Shown: positions 18,450-27,640 of the stretch, one piece after another | Position numbering within the stretch: the stretch's first letter is position 1 | Layout: every line of letters begins with the position of its first letter | Virus record (IMG/VR): IMGVR_UViG_3300042147_000020 | Coordinates: 174,800-238,799 of that record | Reading direction: 5' to 3' (one strand) | DNA length: 64,000 nucleotides | Notes under the pieces: generated by a model | What the model saw: the letters and a program-made list of their open reading frames with translations, nothing else | Database searches by the model: none | What the model was told of the DNA's origin: nothing | Position numbers and translations under genes: made by a program

Positions 18450-18890
18450 TCAACCAACTGCGCTCATCATGTATTTACGATGGTCGCTCAAGATACGTTT
18501 GCGAATGATTGGGGCAGCGCCTTTGAAGACAATAGCCACATCACCATTAGAACAATAGTCCACGTCAGAGAACTTGATCTCGACCGCACCCTCCAACAAC
18601 CTAACGCATTGTGTTATCTCGTGGTTGTAGCATTCGCCGAATTCGTTCTGGAAAAAGAAACTACCTCCGGGTAAAGCAAACAGCACGTACAGGTCATCCG
18701 AGTGATGGGTTGCATCGTTGATAAACACTGTCATGCACGCCGTTGGGAACCCAAGGACGTGGGTGTAACGGGAGTCTCCTGCAAAGGTCTTGCCTCGGCA
18801 GAAAGGAATGTGGTGGAGTACGTCCATGCCGAACGACTCGTCTATCTGTGTCAGTGGTTCAGGGGTGAAGTACATCACAGTGACAGACAT
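18450..18890 (-). CDS. Hypothetical protein
   Basis: 146 aa ORF, SD AAGG. Confidence 0.6.
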   Translation of the reverse strand: MSVTVMYFTPEPLTQIDESFGMDVLHHIPFCRGKTFAGDSRYTHVLGFPTACMTVFINDATHHSDDLYVLFALPGGSFFFQNEFGECYNHEITQCVRLLEGAVEIKFSDVDYCSNGDVAIVFKGAAPIIRKRILSDHRKYMMSAVG

Positions 18891-18928
18891 AACAACCTTC
18901 TTAGGCTAATTGGTTATAAGAACGGGTC

Positions 18929-19216
18929 TTAGTATTCGATCGGATTGGGAACAGCAACGGGACCAACACCATTCATGCGTCGGAAGGTTACTTCAAAGAA
19001 CTTGCGGTCGTGGGTGTTCAAACACAGGTCGTTGTGACCTAGGTGTCCGTGTACTGTCCAACCAGCTTCTTCAAAGCGCATGTAGTCTTCCGCACGCGGA
19101 TAGAAGTTGAAAGCCACCGTGATGAAGTCACCAGCACTACCCATCACCGGATGTCCAAGCAACATCCTTTTACATTTCAAGGCCGCGACGAACTGACCGC
19201 GTCGTTGGTTATCCAT
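18929..19216 (-). CDS. Hypothetical protein
   Basis: Start MDNQRR after AAGGA. Confidence 0.5.
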   Translation of the reverse strand: MDNQRRGQFVAALKCKRMLLGHPVMGSAGDFITVAFNFYPRAEDYMRFEEAGWTVHGHLGHNDLCLNTHDRKFFEVTFRRMNGVGPVAVPNPIEY

Positions 19217-19272
19217 AGGTTTCCTTATTAAAGTTGGGCATAGCAGGGGACCGAAGTCCCCCACCATTTGGT

Positions 19273-21498
19273 TTACACCGATGCAGCACGCACCAGTACG
19301 GAATTCGAACCTAGGTAACCAGGTAGGATTTCCAGCACACGACCGTTGATGTCAACAACGTAGTGGTGAGAGAACTTGGTAGGTTTCTTCCCAGTACGAG
19401 TCAACAGACCGATCATTGCTTTGTGCACCGCAGGGTTTTCGCTAGCCTTCAGGACTTCTGCTGTTTTACCAGCGTACAGTTCCAGAGACCACGGTAGGTG
19501 AGTGACAGAGTTCAGCTCATAACGAGCCAGCACTTGCATCACGTCTGCTTTGTGTTCCTTGTTGAGGTTCTTGCCCAGTTTATCCAGGTAGTCCCAGTAT
19601 TCCTCACCTTTGAGGATATTGGTTACAGAGTTGATGATGTCCGTTGCGCGCTCTGTGTTCAACAGAGACCACAGCAGGCCCATTGCGTCGTTGTGCAGCT
19701 CATTGCCCAGATCGTCGATGTCCAGCACGAAGTCTTCGATCAGGCAGCGGTTGCCGTAGCCCAGGTTCACGCTCAGTGCTTGGTTGACCCGAGCAGTCAG
19801 CTCCTTAACGATGATGTTGTACAGACGAGGGGTGATCTCGTCGTTCTCGTGGTGTTCCCGCAGGAACTTGGCAGCAGCGCTCAGCGTTTGTTTCTTGCTC
19901 AGCTCTACCATCACACCGATCATGTTGCCATCAACGTTGACTGGTTTCATGTCACGGTAGTAGTACTCACGCACTTTGCCGTCGAAGTTCTCAGATCCAA
20001 CCGCAATCACTTCATTGAGGTACTTGATCTCAGCTTCGTCGAAGGAGTGTGCCCCCAACTCAGTCGGAATGATCTTCACTTCTGGGTTCTCCACAGGGAT
20101 ACTAGCCCCGTCTTCCGCCAAAACTACCTGAGGAGCATCCAGTGCAGCCACTTCATCCCAGTCTACTGGCATGACTTTCTTGGATGGGTCCAGGACGTAC
20201 GGGGTACGCGATTTGATTTCGTGTTGCAGGTATTCCATTTTCTCAGCTTCCCCAGGCGCGATTGCCTTAACAACTTCTTTAACCACACCGTCCGGGGTAC
20301 GAACGTGGAACTTCATGTGGGTGTTAGGATCGAAGGCCATATCCCATGGCTGTTCAAGAGTCCAGGTGCGAGTCCACGGGCTGTTGTGTGCAGGGCGGAT
20401 TTCTACGCCGCTGTCCAGTTGTACCAGATCGTAAGGACGGTCTTCGTCGATCGTGTCATGGTTGGTCACGCCACCGGGGCTTTGTGTTGCTACAGGCTCC
20501 ACGTAAGGTTCAGGAACAGGTTTCTGCTGTTGGCTTTCTACGCGTTCAGCAAAAGCACGTTGTTGAGCGTTCTCGTGTTGTTGCATAGCTGGTGTCCCCA
20601 TGTCCTGGAACATTTCTTCAACGATTGCGCTTGGCTGTGCAGCCGCAGGAGCGGGAGCACGCTTCGGCCAATCAGAACTGCTACGACCACCCCACTGATT
20701 CCCGAAAGCATCAGCAGCCGGTGCTGGCGCTGCCTGTGGAGCTGGTGTAGGCGCTGGCAGGGCTGGAGCGGCACTCAGACCACCCCGGCCTTGGTAACCA
20801 CCCGCATTTGGATTGAAAGTGCTTGCAGCAGGAGTACTGGTAGCACCACCAGCGAAGCGACCCCAGTTGATGTTAGGGTTTGCTGCTGGAGCAGGTGAAC
20901 GACCCTGGGCCCACTGCGGCTGTCCTTGCTGAGGCCAGGTCCCTTGTTGTGGCTGGGAGAACTGGTTCTGTTGGAAACCAGGGAACCCTTGTTGCGGTTG
21001 TGGAGCAAAGTTCTGCTGCGACTGCTGCTGAACCTGAGCGATCAACTGACCGATCTGTTGGTGACGCTGCATCAGACGGTTGATCTCAACATCAATACCC
21101 TGACCCATCATGTTCTTCAGAGCGGGATATTGATTGGCCATCATTGCGGTGGCACAAGAAACGACTTCGTTTGCTGCGTTGAGTACGAGTTGCTCCTGAG
21201 AGTTCCCCTGAGTCGTTACTGCGAAAGCTTCTGCCAGCGAAGTAGCCGAAGCCACCAACATCTGGTACAGCTCGTTCTGATAGCCATTTGCAGAGGCCAT
21301 GTTGAACAGGAAGATACGCAGTGGGTTCTTGAAAGCATTGTCCTGCAACATCTTGATCACGTAACCGTTGACGATGTCAGGGAACGCATTCTTGAAAGGA
21401 ACCTGATACGGAGCACCGGCACAGTAGAACTGCTGGTTAACATCGGTTGCCGAAACTGGCAGTTGGTTTACGTTGGGCTGGTTAAAGGTGGAAAACAT
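19273..21498 (-). CDS. Conserved-position protein with a large Q/P/G/A-rich low-complexity region
   Basis: 741 aa ORF downstream of the nvRNAP subunit; Q-rich tract visible. Confidence 0.75.
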   Translation of the reverse strand: MFSTFNQPNVNQLPVSATDVNQQFYCAGAPYQVPFKNAFPDIVNGYVIKMLQDNAFKNPLRIFLFNMASANGYQNELYQMLVASATSLAEAFAVTTQGNSQEQLVLNAANEVVSCATAMMANQYPALKNMMGQGIDVEINRLMQRHQQIGQLIAQVQQQSQQNFAPQPQQGFPGFQQNQFSQPQQGTWPQQGQPQWAQGRSPAPAANPNINWGRFAGGATSTPAASTFNPNAGGYQGRGGLSAAPALPAPTPAPQAAPAPAADAFGNQWGGRSSSDWPKRAPAPAAAQPSAIVEEMFQDMGTPAMQQHENAQQRAFAERVESQQQKPVPEPYVEPVATQSPGGVTNHDTIDEDRPYDLVQLDSGVEIRPAHNSPWTRTWTLEQPWDMAFDPNTHMKFHVRTPDGVVKEVVKAIAPGEAEKMEYLQHEIKSRTPYVLDPSKKVMPVDWDEVAALDAPQVVLAEDGASIPVENPEVKIIPTELGAHSFDEAEIKYLNEVIAVGSENFDGKVREYYYRDMKPVNVDGNMIGVMVELSKKQTLSAAAKFLREHHENDEITPRLYNIIVKELTARVNQALSVNLGYGNRCLIEDFVLDIDDLGNELHNDAMGLLWSLLNTERATDIINSVTNILKGEEYWDYLDKLGKNLNKEHKADVMQVLARYELNSVTHLPWSLELYAGKTAEVLKASENPAVHKAMIGLLTRTGKKPTKFSHHYVVDINGRVLEILPGYLGSNSVLVRAASV

Positions 21499-21621
21499 CT
21501 TGCTGCTCCGTTACTTAGACTGACCGAGGGGATTTGATGTGACCATGCTCTGCCACTGCTGATTTGGGCTTTACAGTGCAGCTCTCTACTTCCTTAAGTG
21601 CGAGACCCATGGTCACACTCC

Positions 21622-23274
21622 TTACTTGGTATATTGGATTCGACGTTGTACATCATCAATCAACGGTCGGAACTTCTCGCTACGCACAACCCGGTAGTTC
21701 GAGTCATACTGGACACAAGTGCCAATACGAGTACGACCATCAGGACTGGCTTTCGGCAGGTTGTTATACGAACCAATCTCCACGATAGACGAGTGTAGCA
21801 GTTTCGACGCATCTGTTGCAGCCGACTTACCGCTATTACGCCCTGTGCCTGTAGCGCTGGTTTGCGGGACAAGGTTAGACGTGATCTTGAAGTACATGTT
21901 ATCCCCAGGACTGGAGATACCTGCCACCTCACCGTGTTGACGGTTGATCTTGGTGATAGCGTCCAAAGTGAGGTTCCGGCGCAGTGCCAGATTGATTTCC
22001 TCTTTGATCTTTGGTTTGCGTGCTGCTTTCTGCAATGCAAACTTGAAGTGGGAGATAGCCTTGTTGATGTCGAACAGCGCATAGCGCAAGACCATCAACT
22101 CTTTATCGTACATCGTGGATTCCACGTTGTCCGACTGGATCACCATCTCAGACAGTGCTCCAATGATAAACGCAAACAGCTCGTACACGTCGTTTACCAG
22201 GATATTCTCACTTCGTAGGTCCAGCCGCGATCGTTCATCCAAGGACTCGTCCAAGGATTCGATGTGGTTCTCGACCTCTTCTGCCAGCTTGCCTTCACTT
22301 TGATTGGACCCAAAGATCAGGTGGCCAAGCAGAATACGCCAAAGACGCGTGCTGTTGATGAACTCTGGTTCTACGCGCTGTGGGAAATGATCCACTACGT
22401 AGAAGAAGCCAGCAACCAACCCAACGTTCTTGGTATTCCACGAAGCACGGGGAATGGCGATTCGCAAGTTGCTCGCGACGTAACCAATCCGACGCATTCC
22501 CCGTAGGGTTCGTGGGCACATCTGTTTCGAGCCACAGATAACCCATTCAGACTTCGGATAGAGGTCATAGTTGACTTCATCCGGATAGCCTACATGGACG
22601 TCCGTATTAGACACCATCTTGAATGTCTGCGTGACACCATACTTGCTGAACAGGTAGTGTGCCATTGTGTGTTTTGCGGTAATGCGGTTTTTCGAGTTTG
22701 CTCCCTTCTCAGGGCTACGATTGTAAACGGTGGCCCACGCCACGTTCGCAGTTTCATTCCATGCCGTCTCTACGCCGTTGTCAGCCACGTCGTACATGCG
22801 GAACGTATGGTCAAGTCGTTCAAAGGTAAGCTTCGTCACCTGCAACGGAATGAATATCGTGTTAACCCCATAGCTAATAGCCCGATCAGCCAAAACTGGA
22901 CTGATACTAAATGTACTGCCTCGAATCGTAATCAACCCCGCCTGGCGGACAAAGGGAAGATACATGTAGCGCTTCAGCAATGGTTCGTTAAAATAGCTGA
23001 AGTTGTACTCCACCAGAAACAAATCGGATCGCGCAATGTCAAACACTGGCTTGCCGGTACGCTTTGGTGTGATCTCGTTGAACTCTTCCTGGGGAGTGCA
23101 ACGACGACAGCCTTCGTATTTCAAGCCCTCTGGGAAGCTCTTTGAAATACTCCTGAACAAACCGTCCACGTAGCGTTCTACGCCACGCATCTGTTCTACC
23201 GCAAGACCAGACATGATCTTATCGTTAAAACGCGGGATAGCTCGTTCGACCAAGTTGAAGAAGTGGTTATCCAT
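21622..23274 (-). CDS. Non-virion RNA polymerase beta-subunit N-terminal part (phiKZ gp123-like)
   Basis: 550 aa; YLPFV, SPGDN..KITS, HSSIVEIGS...SPDGRTRI motifs; position next to gp122-like and capsid genes. Confidence 0.75.
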   Translation of the reverse strand: MDNHFFNLVERAIPRFNDKIMSGLAVEQMRGVERYVDGLFRSISKSFPEGLKYEGCRRCTPQEEFNEITPKRTGKPVFDIARSDLFLVEYNFSYFNEPLLKRYMYLPFVRQAGLITIRGSTFSISPVLADRAISYGVNTIFIPLQVTKLTFERLDHTFRMYDVADNGVETAWNETANVAWATVYNRSPEKGANSKNRITAKHTMAHYLFSKYGVTQTFKMVSNTDVHVGYPDEVNYDLYPKSEWVICGSKQMCPRTLRGMRRIGYVASNLRIAIPRASWNTKNVGLVAGFFYVVDHFPQRVEPEFINSTRLWRILLGHLIFGSNQSEGKLAEEVENHIESLDESLDERSRLDLRSENILVNDVYELFAFIIGALSEMVIQSDNVESTMYDKELMVLRYALFDINKAISHFKFALQKAARKPKIKEEINLALRRNLTLDAITKINRQHGEVAGISSPGDNMYFKITSNLVPQTSATGTGRNSGKSAATDASKLLHSSIVEIGSYNNLPKASPDGRTRIGTCVQYDSNYRVVRSEKFRPLIDDVQRRIQYTK

Positions 23275-23299
23275 CTCTGATCCGACCCTTACCTAACGA

Positions 23300-24472
23300 C
23301 TACTTGAAAGCTAGAAAGAGAGCCGCAATGCCTGTGGCAATGGCTGGAACCCATTTAAGAAACTCCGAAGCATCCTTCCGCACGTGGCTCCGTTCTTCAT
23401 AGTGGTCTTTACGCTCTAGTGCTGCAATGCTCCGCAGGTGCTCCACTCGCGTTTGTTCCTCCTTGAGTCTTGCTCCGGCCTCGTTGATACGTGCCTCCTC
23501 AAGTTTCCACCGATGCTCTTGTGCCTTGCGATCGCTTTCCTCCGCTAAACGTCTCTGCTCGAGATCTCTTCTCCATGTCTCAAACTCCTCCTCGCTTTTC
23601 AGTCGTTCCAGCTTATTCCGATGCTCCTGGGTTTTAAGCTCTAGCGACAGCGCTTCGAGTTCTCGTTTCTTCTCTGCGGCTATATCACCCAACACAGTTG
23701 CTTCTTCGTATGACTTAAACATACCAAGTAAAGCTTCAGCTTCTGGAAAGGCAAAGTATTCAGCCCGAGGTTTCCCAACACCACCACTCTCACTCACCGG
23801 TGCGGTCGAAGCGCGATACACGCCACTGAGCCTGCCCGGATCTTTGATAGGTTGGACTAGGTAGATCTCCTTATTGATGTTGATGTAGCGTGGCCCAAAG
23901 ATGTCTTCGTTGTCAACGATTTGTAGACTGTAACCCACCACTCCTGCTGTATTGATAGTTTCATTGTCGGCCACTAGGCGGTTACGGACGCCGTCCTGAC
24001 TGAATGGATGATGCGGGACATAGCCCCCGACCATCGTGGAAACCACGACGTCTAGGTTGACTAAGTAAAGGGAGCCTCCATTACGTTGTACATCGTCCTC
24101 ATCTATTCCATAATCCACTTGGGCGAAACACTGGCCCATGCGCTGCCTGACACTACCGCTGAGTACTGCGTCGCGTAATGCTCTCATGCCTTCAGACGTT
24201 GCATTGGATAGTCGTTCTACGTCAATATTTACACCGGACCGATACTTGATTGTGTAGCGTACTATGAACTTGCTCAGGCCTCGTACGTTCATTGGCTGAA
24301 TGACGAGGGGCATACCAGAGCGATCAACCATGGTAACGGCCTTGCGAAAGCCGTTAAAGAACTCCTTCTCGATAGAAAGCTGGGAACCGGGTCCAAGATC
24401 CAGAATACCTGGAACTTCAACTAGCGGCGCTTCACGGTTAATGAGTTGGTTGTTGGGAATGTACTGGCTCAT
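23300..24472 (-). CDS. phiKZ gp122-like protein with coiled coil and C-terminal hydrophobic anchor
   Basis: Long E/K/R-rich helix; ends WVPAIATGIAALFLAFK. Confidence 0.6.
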   Translation of the reverse strand: MSQYIPNNQLINREAPLVEVPGILDLGPGSQLSIEKEFFNGFRKAVTMVDRSGMPLVIQPMNVRGLSKFIVRYTIKYRSGVNIDVERLSNATSEGMRALRDAVLSGSVRQRMGQCFAQVDYGIDEDDVQRNGGSLYLVNLDVVVSTMVGGYVPHHPFSQDGVRNRLVADNETINTAGVVGYSLQIVDNEDIFGPRYININKEIYLVQPIKDPGRLSGVYRASTAPVSESGGVGKPRAEYFAFPEAEALLGMFKSYEEATVLGDIAAEKKRELEALSLELKTQEHRNKLERLKSEEEFETWRRDLEQRRLAEESDRKAQEHRWKLEEARINEAGARLKEEQTRVEHLRSIAALERKDHYEERSHVRKDASEFLKWVPAIATGIAALFLAFK

Positions 24473-24530
24473 CGGTATTTCCACTCAATCAGGTATTATC
24501 CCTTGATAATCCTCTTCTTAGTACACCTTG

Positions 24531-24548
24531 ATAATATACACTTGAAAT
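24531..24548 (-). promoter_or_regulatory. Early-type promoter variant (ATTTCAAGTG-TATATTAT)
   Basis: 16/18 identical to the motif at 40273-40290; upstream of the gp122/gp123-like genes. Confidence 0.6.
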
Positions 24549-24561
24549 AGCTTTGAATGCA

Positions 24562-24608
24562 GACGGCATAAAAGGAATCCCCCTGAGCCCGTAGGCCCAG
24601 GGAGTTCC
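24562..24608 (-). terminator. Terminator downstream of the major capsid gene
   Basis: Hairpin followed on minus by TTTTATGCCGTC. Confidence 0.65.
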
Positions 24609-24716
24609 AGTGTCCCCACTTAAAGGACTCACCCTATCAACCTAAGTCAATAAGGTGTTGCAACAAACACTAAGCCCGGAAGCCTAGTGGTTACCACCAG
24701 TTCAGGAAGTGCCCGC

Positions 24717-26927
24717 TTAGGGTTGAACTTCTTGAGTAGATACTGGGATCTTGTTGGTGAGGACTTTGTCCAAGCCTTTCACTTTGATGATCGCCATCAT
24801 CGGCAGGTGGTTGATCTGGAGGTTACGTGGCTGAACCATGGCCTCTGGATAGGTACCACCGTCGCGCTGAACCATCATGCTCGAAGCCAGCTCAGGAATC
24901 CAGGCGTGAACGCCGAAGGTGAGCGGGTCGATGCCTTCAACCTGACCGGTACGGGTCAGAGCGATGACGATGGTGTCCTTCATACGGCTGTCGAAAGAAC
25001 TTTCGATTTGGTATTCAGGGAACGCGATACCGAAGGTACGGCTGTCGCCGACTACCATCAGGTGACGTTGCAGAACTACGTCGGTACCGATCAGCAGTTT
25101 CGGCTGCTGAGAACCACCAACGGCAGCGTTCAGAGCTGGCTGGTAGCCCGAGTCACGGTACATGCGGTACGACACGTCACGAATGGCGTTAACCAGGATC
25201 GCGTTGATGTCTTCGGCACGGTCCATGTCACGGATCGAGGATACCTGAGCTTCCAGGTCGATTTCCTTCTCTTCGAAGAAAGGACGAACCAGGAAACGAC
25301 CGACGCCTTCCACTTCTGGAATGGTGTCGTTACGCTTGACGCTGACAGCGTAAGCACGCAGGGTTTCTGCGTAGTTCAGCAGGCGGGTCACAGCGTTGTT
25401 GGTGTTACGAACGCGAGCAGCGCTGATCAGTGCTTCCAGGTCACGTGCATCACGGTTGCTACCGGCTGGCGAAGGAGCCGAGATCGGAGCGCCCAGTGGG
25501 ATGTGGAAACGGAAGGTGCGATCGTTGGTGTCCAGCAGCAGGCCGCGAGTACGACGGTTGCTGTTGGTACGAGAAGCTTTCAGCTCGTAGGCGAGAACCT
25601 TCGAACCAGCCAGAGCAGCAACGATAGCGGCACCAGCACCAGCGGTCAGGGAGATGTCAACACCGTCTTTGTTCACGATGCTGTCAACGACTACAGGCGA
25701 GCTGTAAACGCGACCGTTACCCAGTTGGGTATCGAACTCACCGTTCAGGTTCACGGCCAGGCGAACAGTCAGTTCACCCGATACGACGCCAGCCAGTACG
25801 TCCGGAGTAACGCCGGCAACGTTCTTGGTGTTGGCATCCAGAACCAGATCCGAAGTACGGAAGTTCAGGTTCATCTCACGGTTTGCACCTTCAACCGACT
25901 TGACGAAGTGGCTGCGAGCCAGACGACGAGTGGTGAAAGCGATTACGTCAGCGCCGTCAGCGTCAGGACCAGCAGCGTCGATCTGGATGTAGATCTTATC
26001 CAGGCCAATGCTGTTGTCGATTGCGTCGGTGTGGTCAATAACGCCAGCGCCGATCAGACCAGGGTGCTGGGACAGACCCAACAGGTTCAGTTCCTGGTTG
26101 ATGGCCAGAGGAGCAGTGGTCACGTCAACGTTGGAGATGCGACGGACTTCACGAGCCAGCAGGGTTTCGTCGATGAACATGTCGGCGTTGGTGCCGTTGG
26201 CCAGAACCACTGGAACCAGAGCAGTGCTCTCGTCAGCCAGGATGGTGTGGTCCATTGCCGCGTCAACCAGGTTCTTACGATTCCAGTTGGTGGCTTTACC
26301 GGTGTTGCTGTGTTGGATGGCGTTGTGCACCAGAGTGCGACGAACGGTGATGTCCAGGCCGCCTTGTTCTGGCGGAACAACAGTGGTAGGGTAGAACATT
26401 TCGGAGAAGCTGTCCTGAACCGACGCCTTCACGTTGAACGCGATGGAGTAAGGCAGGAACTTGGCCAGTTCACGTTCGTCGAACGATTCCAGGGAAGGAG
26501 TGTCGCGAGTATCGACCGAACCGGCAGCGCCGCTCGAACCGATGTCAACAACGCCGTCAATGCCAGCGCCTTGTTCAGCCTGGGAGCGCATAGCTACGTC
26601 GGCGTAAGCAGCAGGGTCGCCTGCGGCCATGGCTGCGATCGCACCGGCTTCCAGTTGTACTTCGGTCAGCTCTTCGCCGCCTTCTTCGCCGTCTTCCATC
26701 GAAGGGCGCAGGGCTTTGAACGCATCACGGATTTCCGACGACAGGTCTTTACAGACGCGCGACAGTTCACTGTGGCCGCCTTCGTCCAGGGATTCCATGG
26801 AGATCAGGTTGGCAGTAGTGCCTTTGGAGGCGAACTCGCTACCTTGGGTAGCAACGGTTGTTTTCAGCGCAGATACCACGTTAGCCAGCGCCGAGCCAGC
26901 GGAACCTTTGTATTTCAGAAGTGACAT
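24717..26927 (-). CDS. Major capsid protein (phiKZ gp120-like)
   Basis: Start MSLLKY after TAAGGA; about 737 aa; N-terminal propeptide with ISME, PSME, PSLE sites; highly biased codon usage. Confidence 0.85.
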   Translation of the reverse strand: MSLLKYKGSAGSALANVVSALKTTVATQGSEFASKGTTANLISMESLDEGGHSELSRVCKDLSSEIRDAFKALRPSMEDGEEGGEELTEVQLEAGAIAAMAAGDPAAYADVAMRSQAEQGAGIDGVVDIGSSGAAGSVDTRDTPSLESFDERELAKFLPYSIAFNVKASVQDSFSEMFYPTTVVPPEQGGLDITVRRTLVHNAIQHSNTGKATNWNRKNLVDAAMDHTILADESTALVPVVLANGTNADMFIDETLLAREVRRISNVDVTTAPLAINQELNLLGLSQHPGLIGAGVIDHTDAIDNSIGLDKIYIQIDAAGPDADGADVIAFTTRRLARSHFVKSVEGANREMNLNFRTSDLVLDANTKNVAGVTPDVLAGVVSGELTVRLAVNLNGEFDTQLGNGRVYSSPVVVDSIVNKDGVDISLTAGAGAAIVAALAGSKVLAYELKASRTNSNRRTRGLLLDTNDRTFRFHIPLGAPISAPSPAGSNRDARDLEALISAARVRNTNNAVTRLLNYAETLRAYAVSVKRNDTIPEVEGVGRFLVRPFFEEKEIDLEAQVSSIRDMDRAEDINAILVNAIRDVSYRMYRDSGYQPALNAAVGGSQQPKLLIGTDVVLQRHLMVVGDSRTFGIAFPEYQIESSFDSRMKDTIVIALTRTGQVEGIDPLTFGVHAWIPELASSMMVQRDGGTYPEAMVQPRNLQINHLPMMAIIKVKGLDKVLTNKIPVSTQEVQP

Positions 26928-27080
26928 GTTTGAGTCCTTACTTATCGGATAAGTATAAGTGGGGTGGAATCGGCATTCTGCCTTTACCAATTGCGACCAC
27001 AACGTATTTTGTTATAGCTGCTATATAATTAAACAGATTTCACAAAACTATTGAAAAGGTCATTGAAACATAGAATATAT

Positions 27081-27611
27081 TTAAACACTCTTAACGAGGC
27101 TCAAATACTCCTTGAAAATCGGAGAGGGTGCAACCTTCTCGAGTGACGACACTGATACCCACAGGCCAATCAACTGGTCCATGAACTTCATGGCATCAGC
27201 TTTTGCGTCAGCGGCAGCTTGTCCTAAGATAGGTGTAATAATTAACGTATCGTTATTCACCAGTTGTGCTGAGAGGCTGTAGCCAGACGCTTCGGCGACA
27301 TCACGACCGATCCAAGCCTCCTCCAAACTAGGCTTGTCCTTGATTCTCAGGTACTGTAACTGATTGGAGATTTTGTCTAACTTATCTGATGCAACGCCAC
27401 TATCAGAACCGTACAGACTGACACCATCGAACGACTGGGCAACCCCCTTAGTCAGGTACGTTGCACGATCCTCATTGAGCATGAGGTATTTCGCTACGTC
27501 CTCTGTCGATAGTATAGTCGTCAACGTCTTGAGATCCATGACCGTTGCCAAATTCAGATTAGCGTATTCCAGTGAACGTTTCAGCCACTGGGGTACTAAG
27601 ATTACTTTCAT
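27081..27611 (-). CDS. phiKZ gp119-like protein
   Basis: 176 aa between the capsid and helicase genes (synteny). Confidence 0.55.
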   Translation of the reverse strand: MKVILVPQWLKRSLEYANLNLATVMDLKTLTTILSTEDVAKYLMLNEDRATYLTKGVAQSFDGVSLYGSDSGVASDKLDKISNQLQYLRIKDKPSLEEAWIGRDVAEASGYSLSAQLVNNDTLIITPILGQAAADAKADAMKFMDQLIGLWVSVSSLEKVAPSPIFKEYLSLVKSV

Positions 27612-27640
27612 TTAAAAACTCCGGGCTGGATAACAGAGAA

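Noticed and set aside
19498-20898. 466-aa plus-strand ORF, and similar antisense ORFs opposite ligA, nudix and thyA
   Set aside because: Completely overlaps better-supported minus-strand genes; composition mirrors reverse-complement codons.
24687-26924. 745-aa plus-strand ORF antisense to the major capsid gene
   Set aside because: Shadow ORF produced by the strong codon bias of the capsid gene; no SD, no motifs.
27069-27072. TATG late promoters upstream of structural genes
   Set aside because: A 4-mer occurs too often by chance to call without TSS data.
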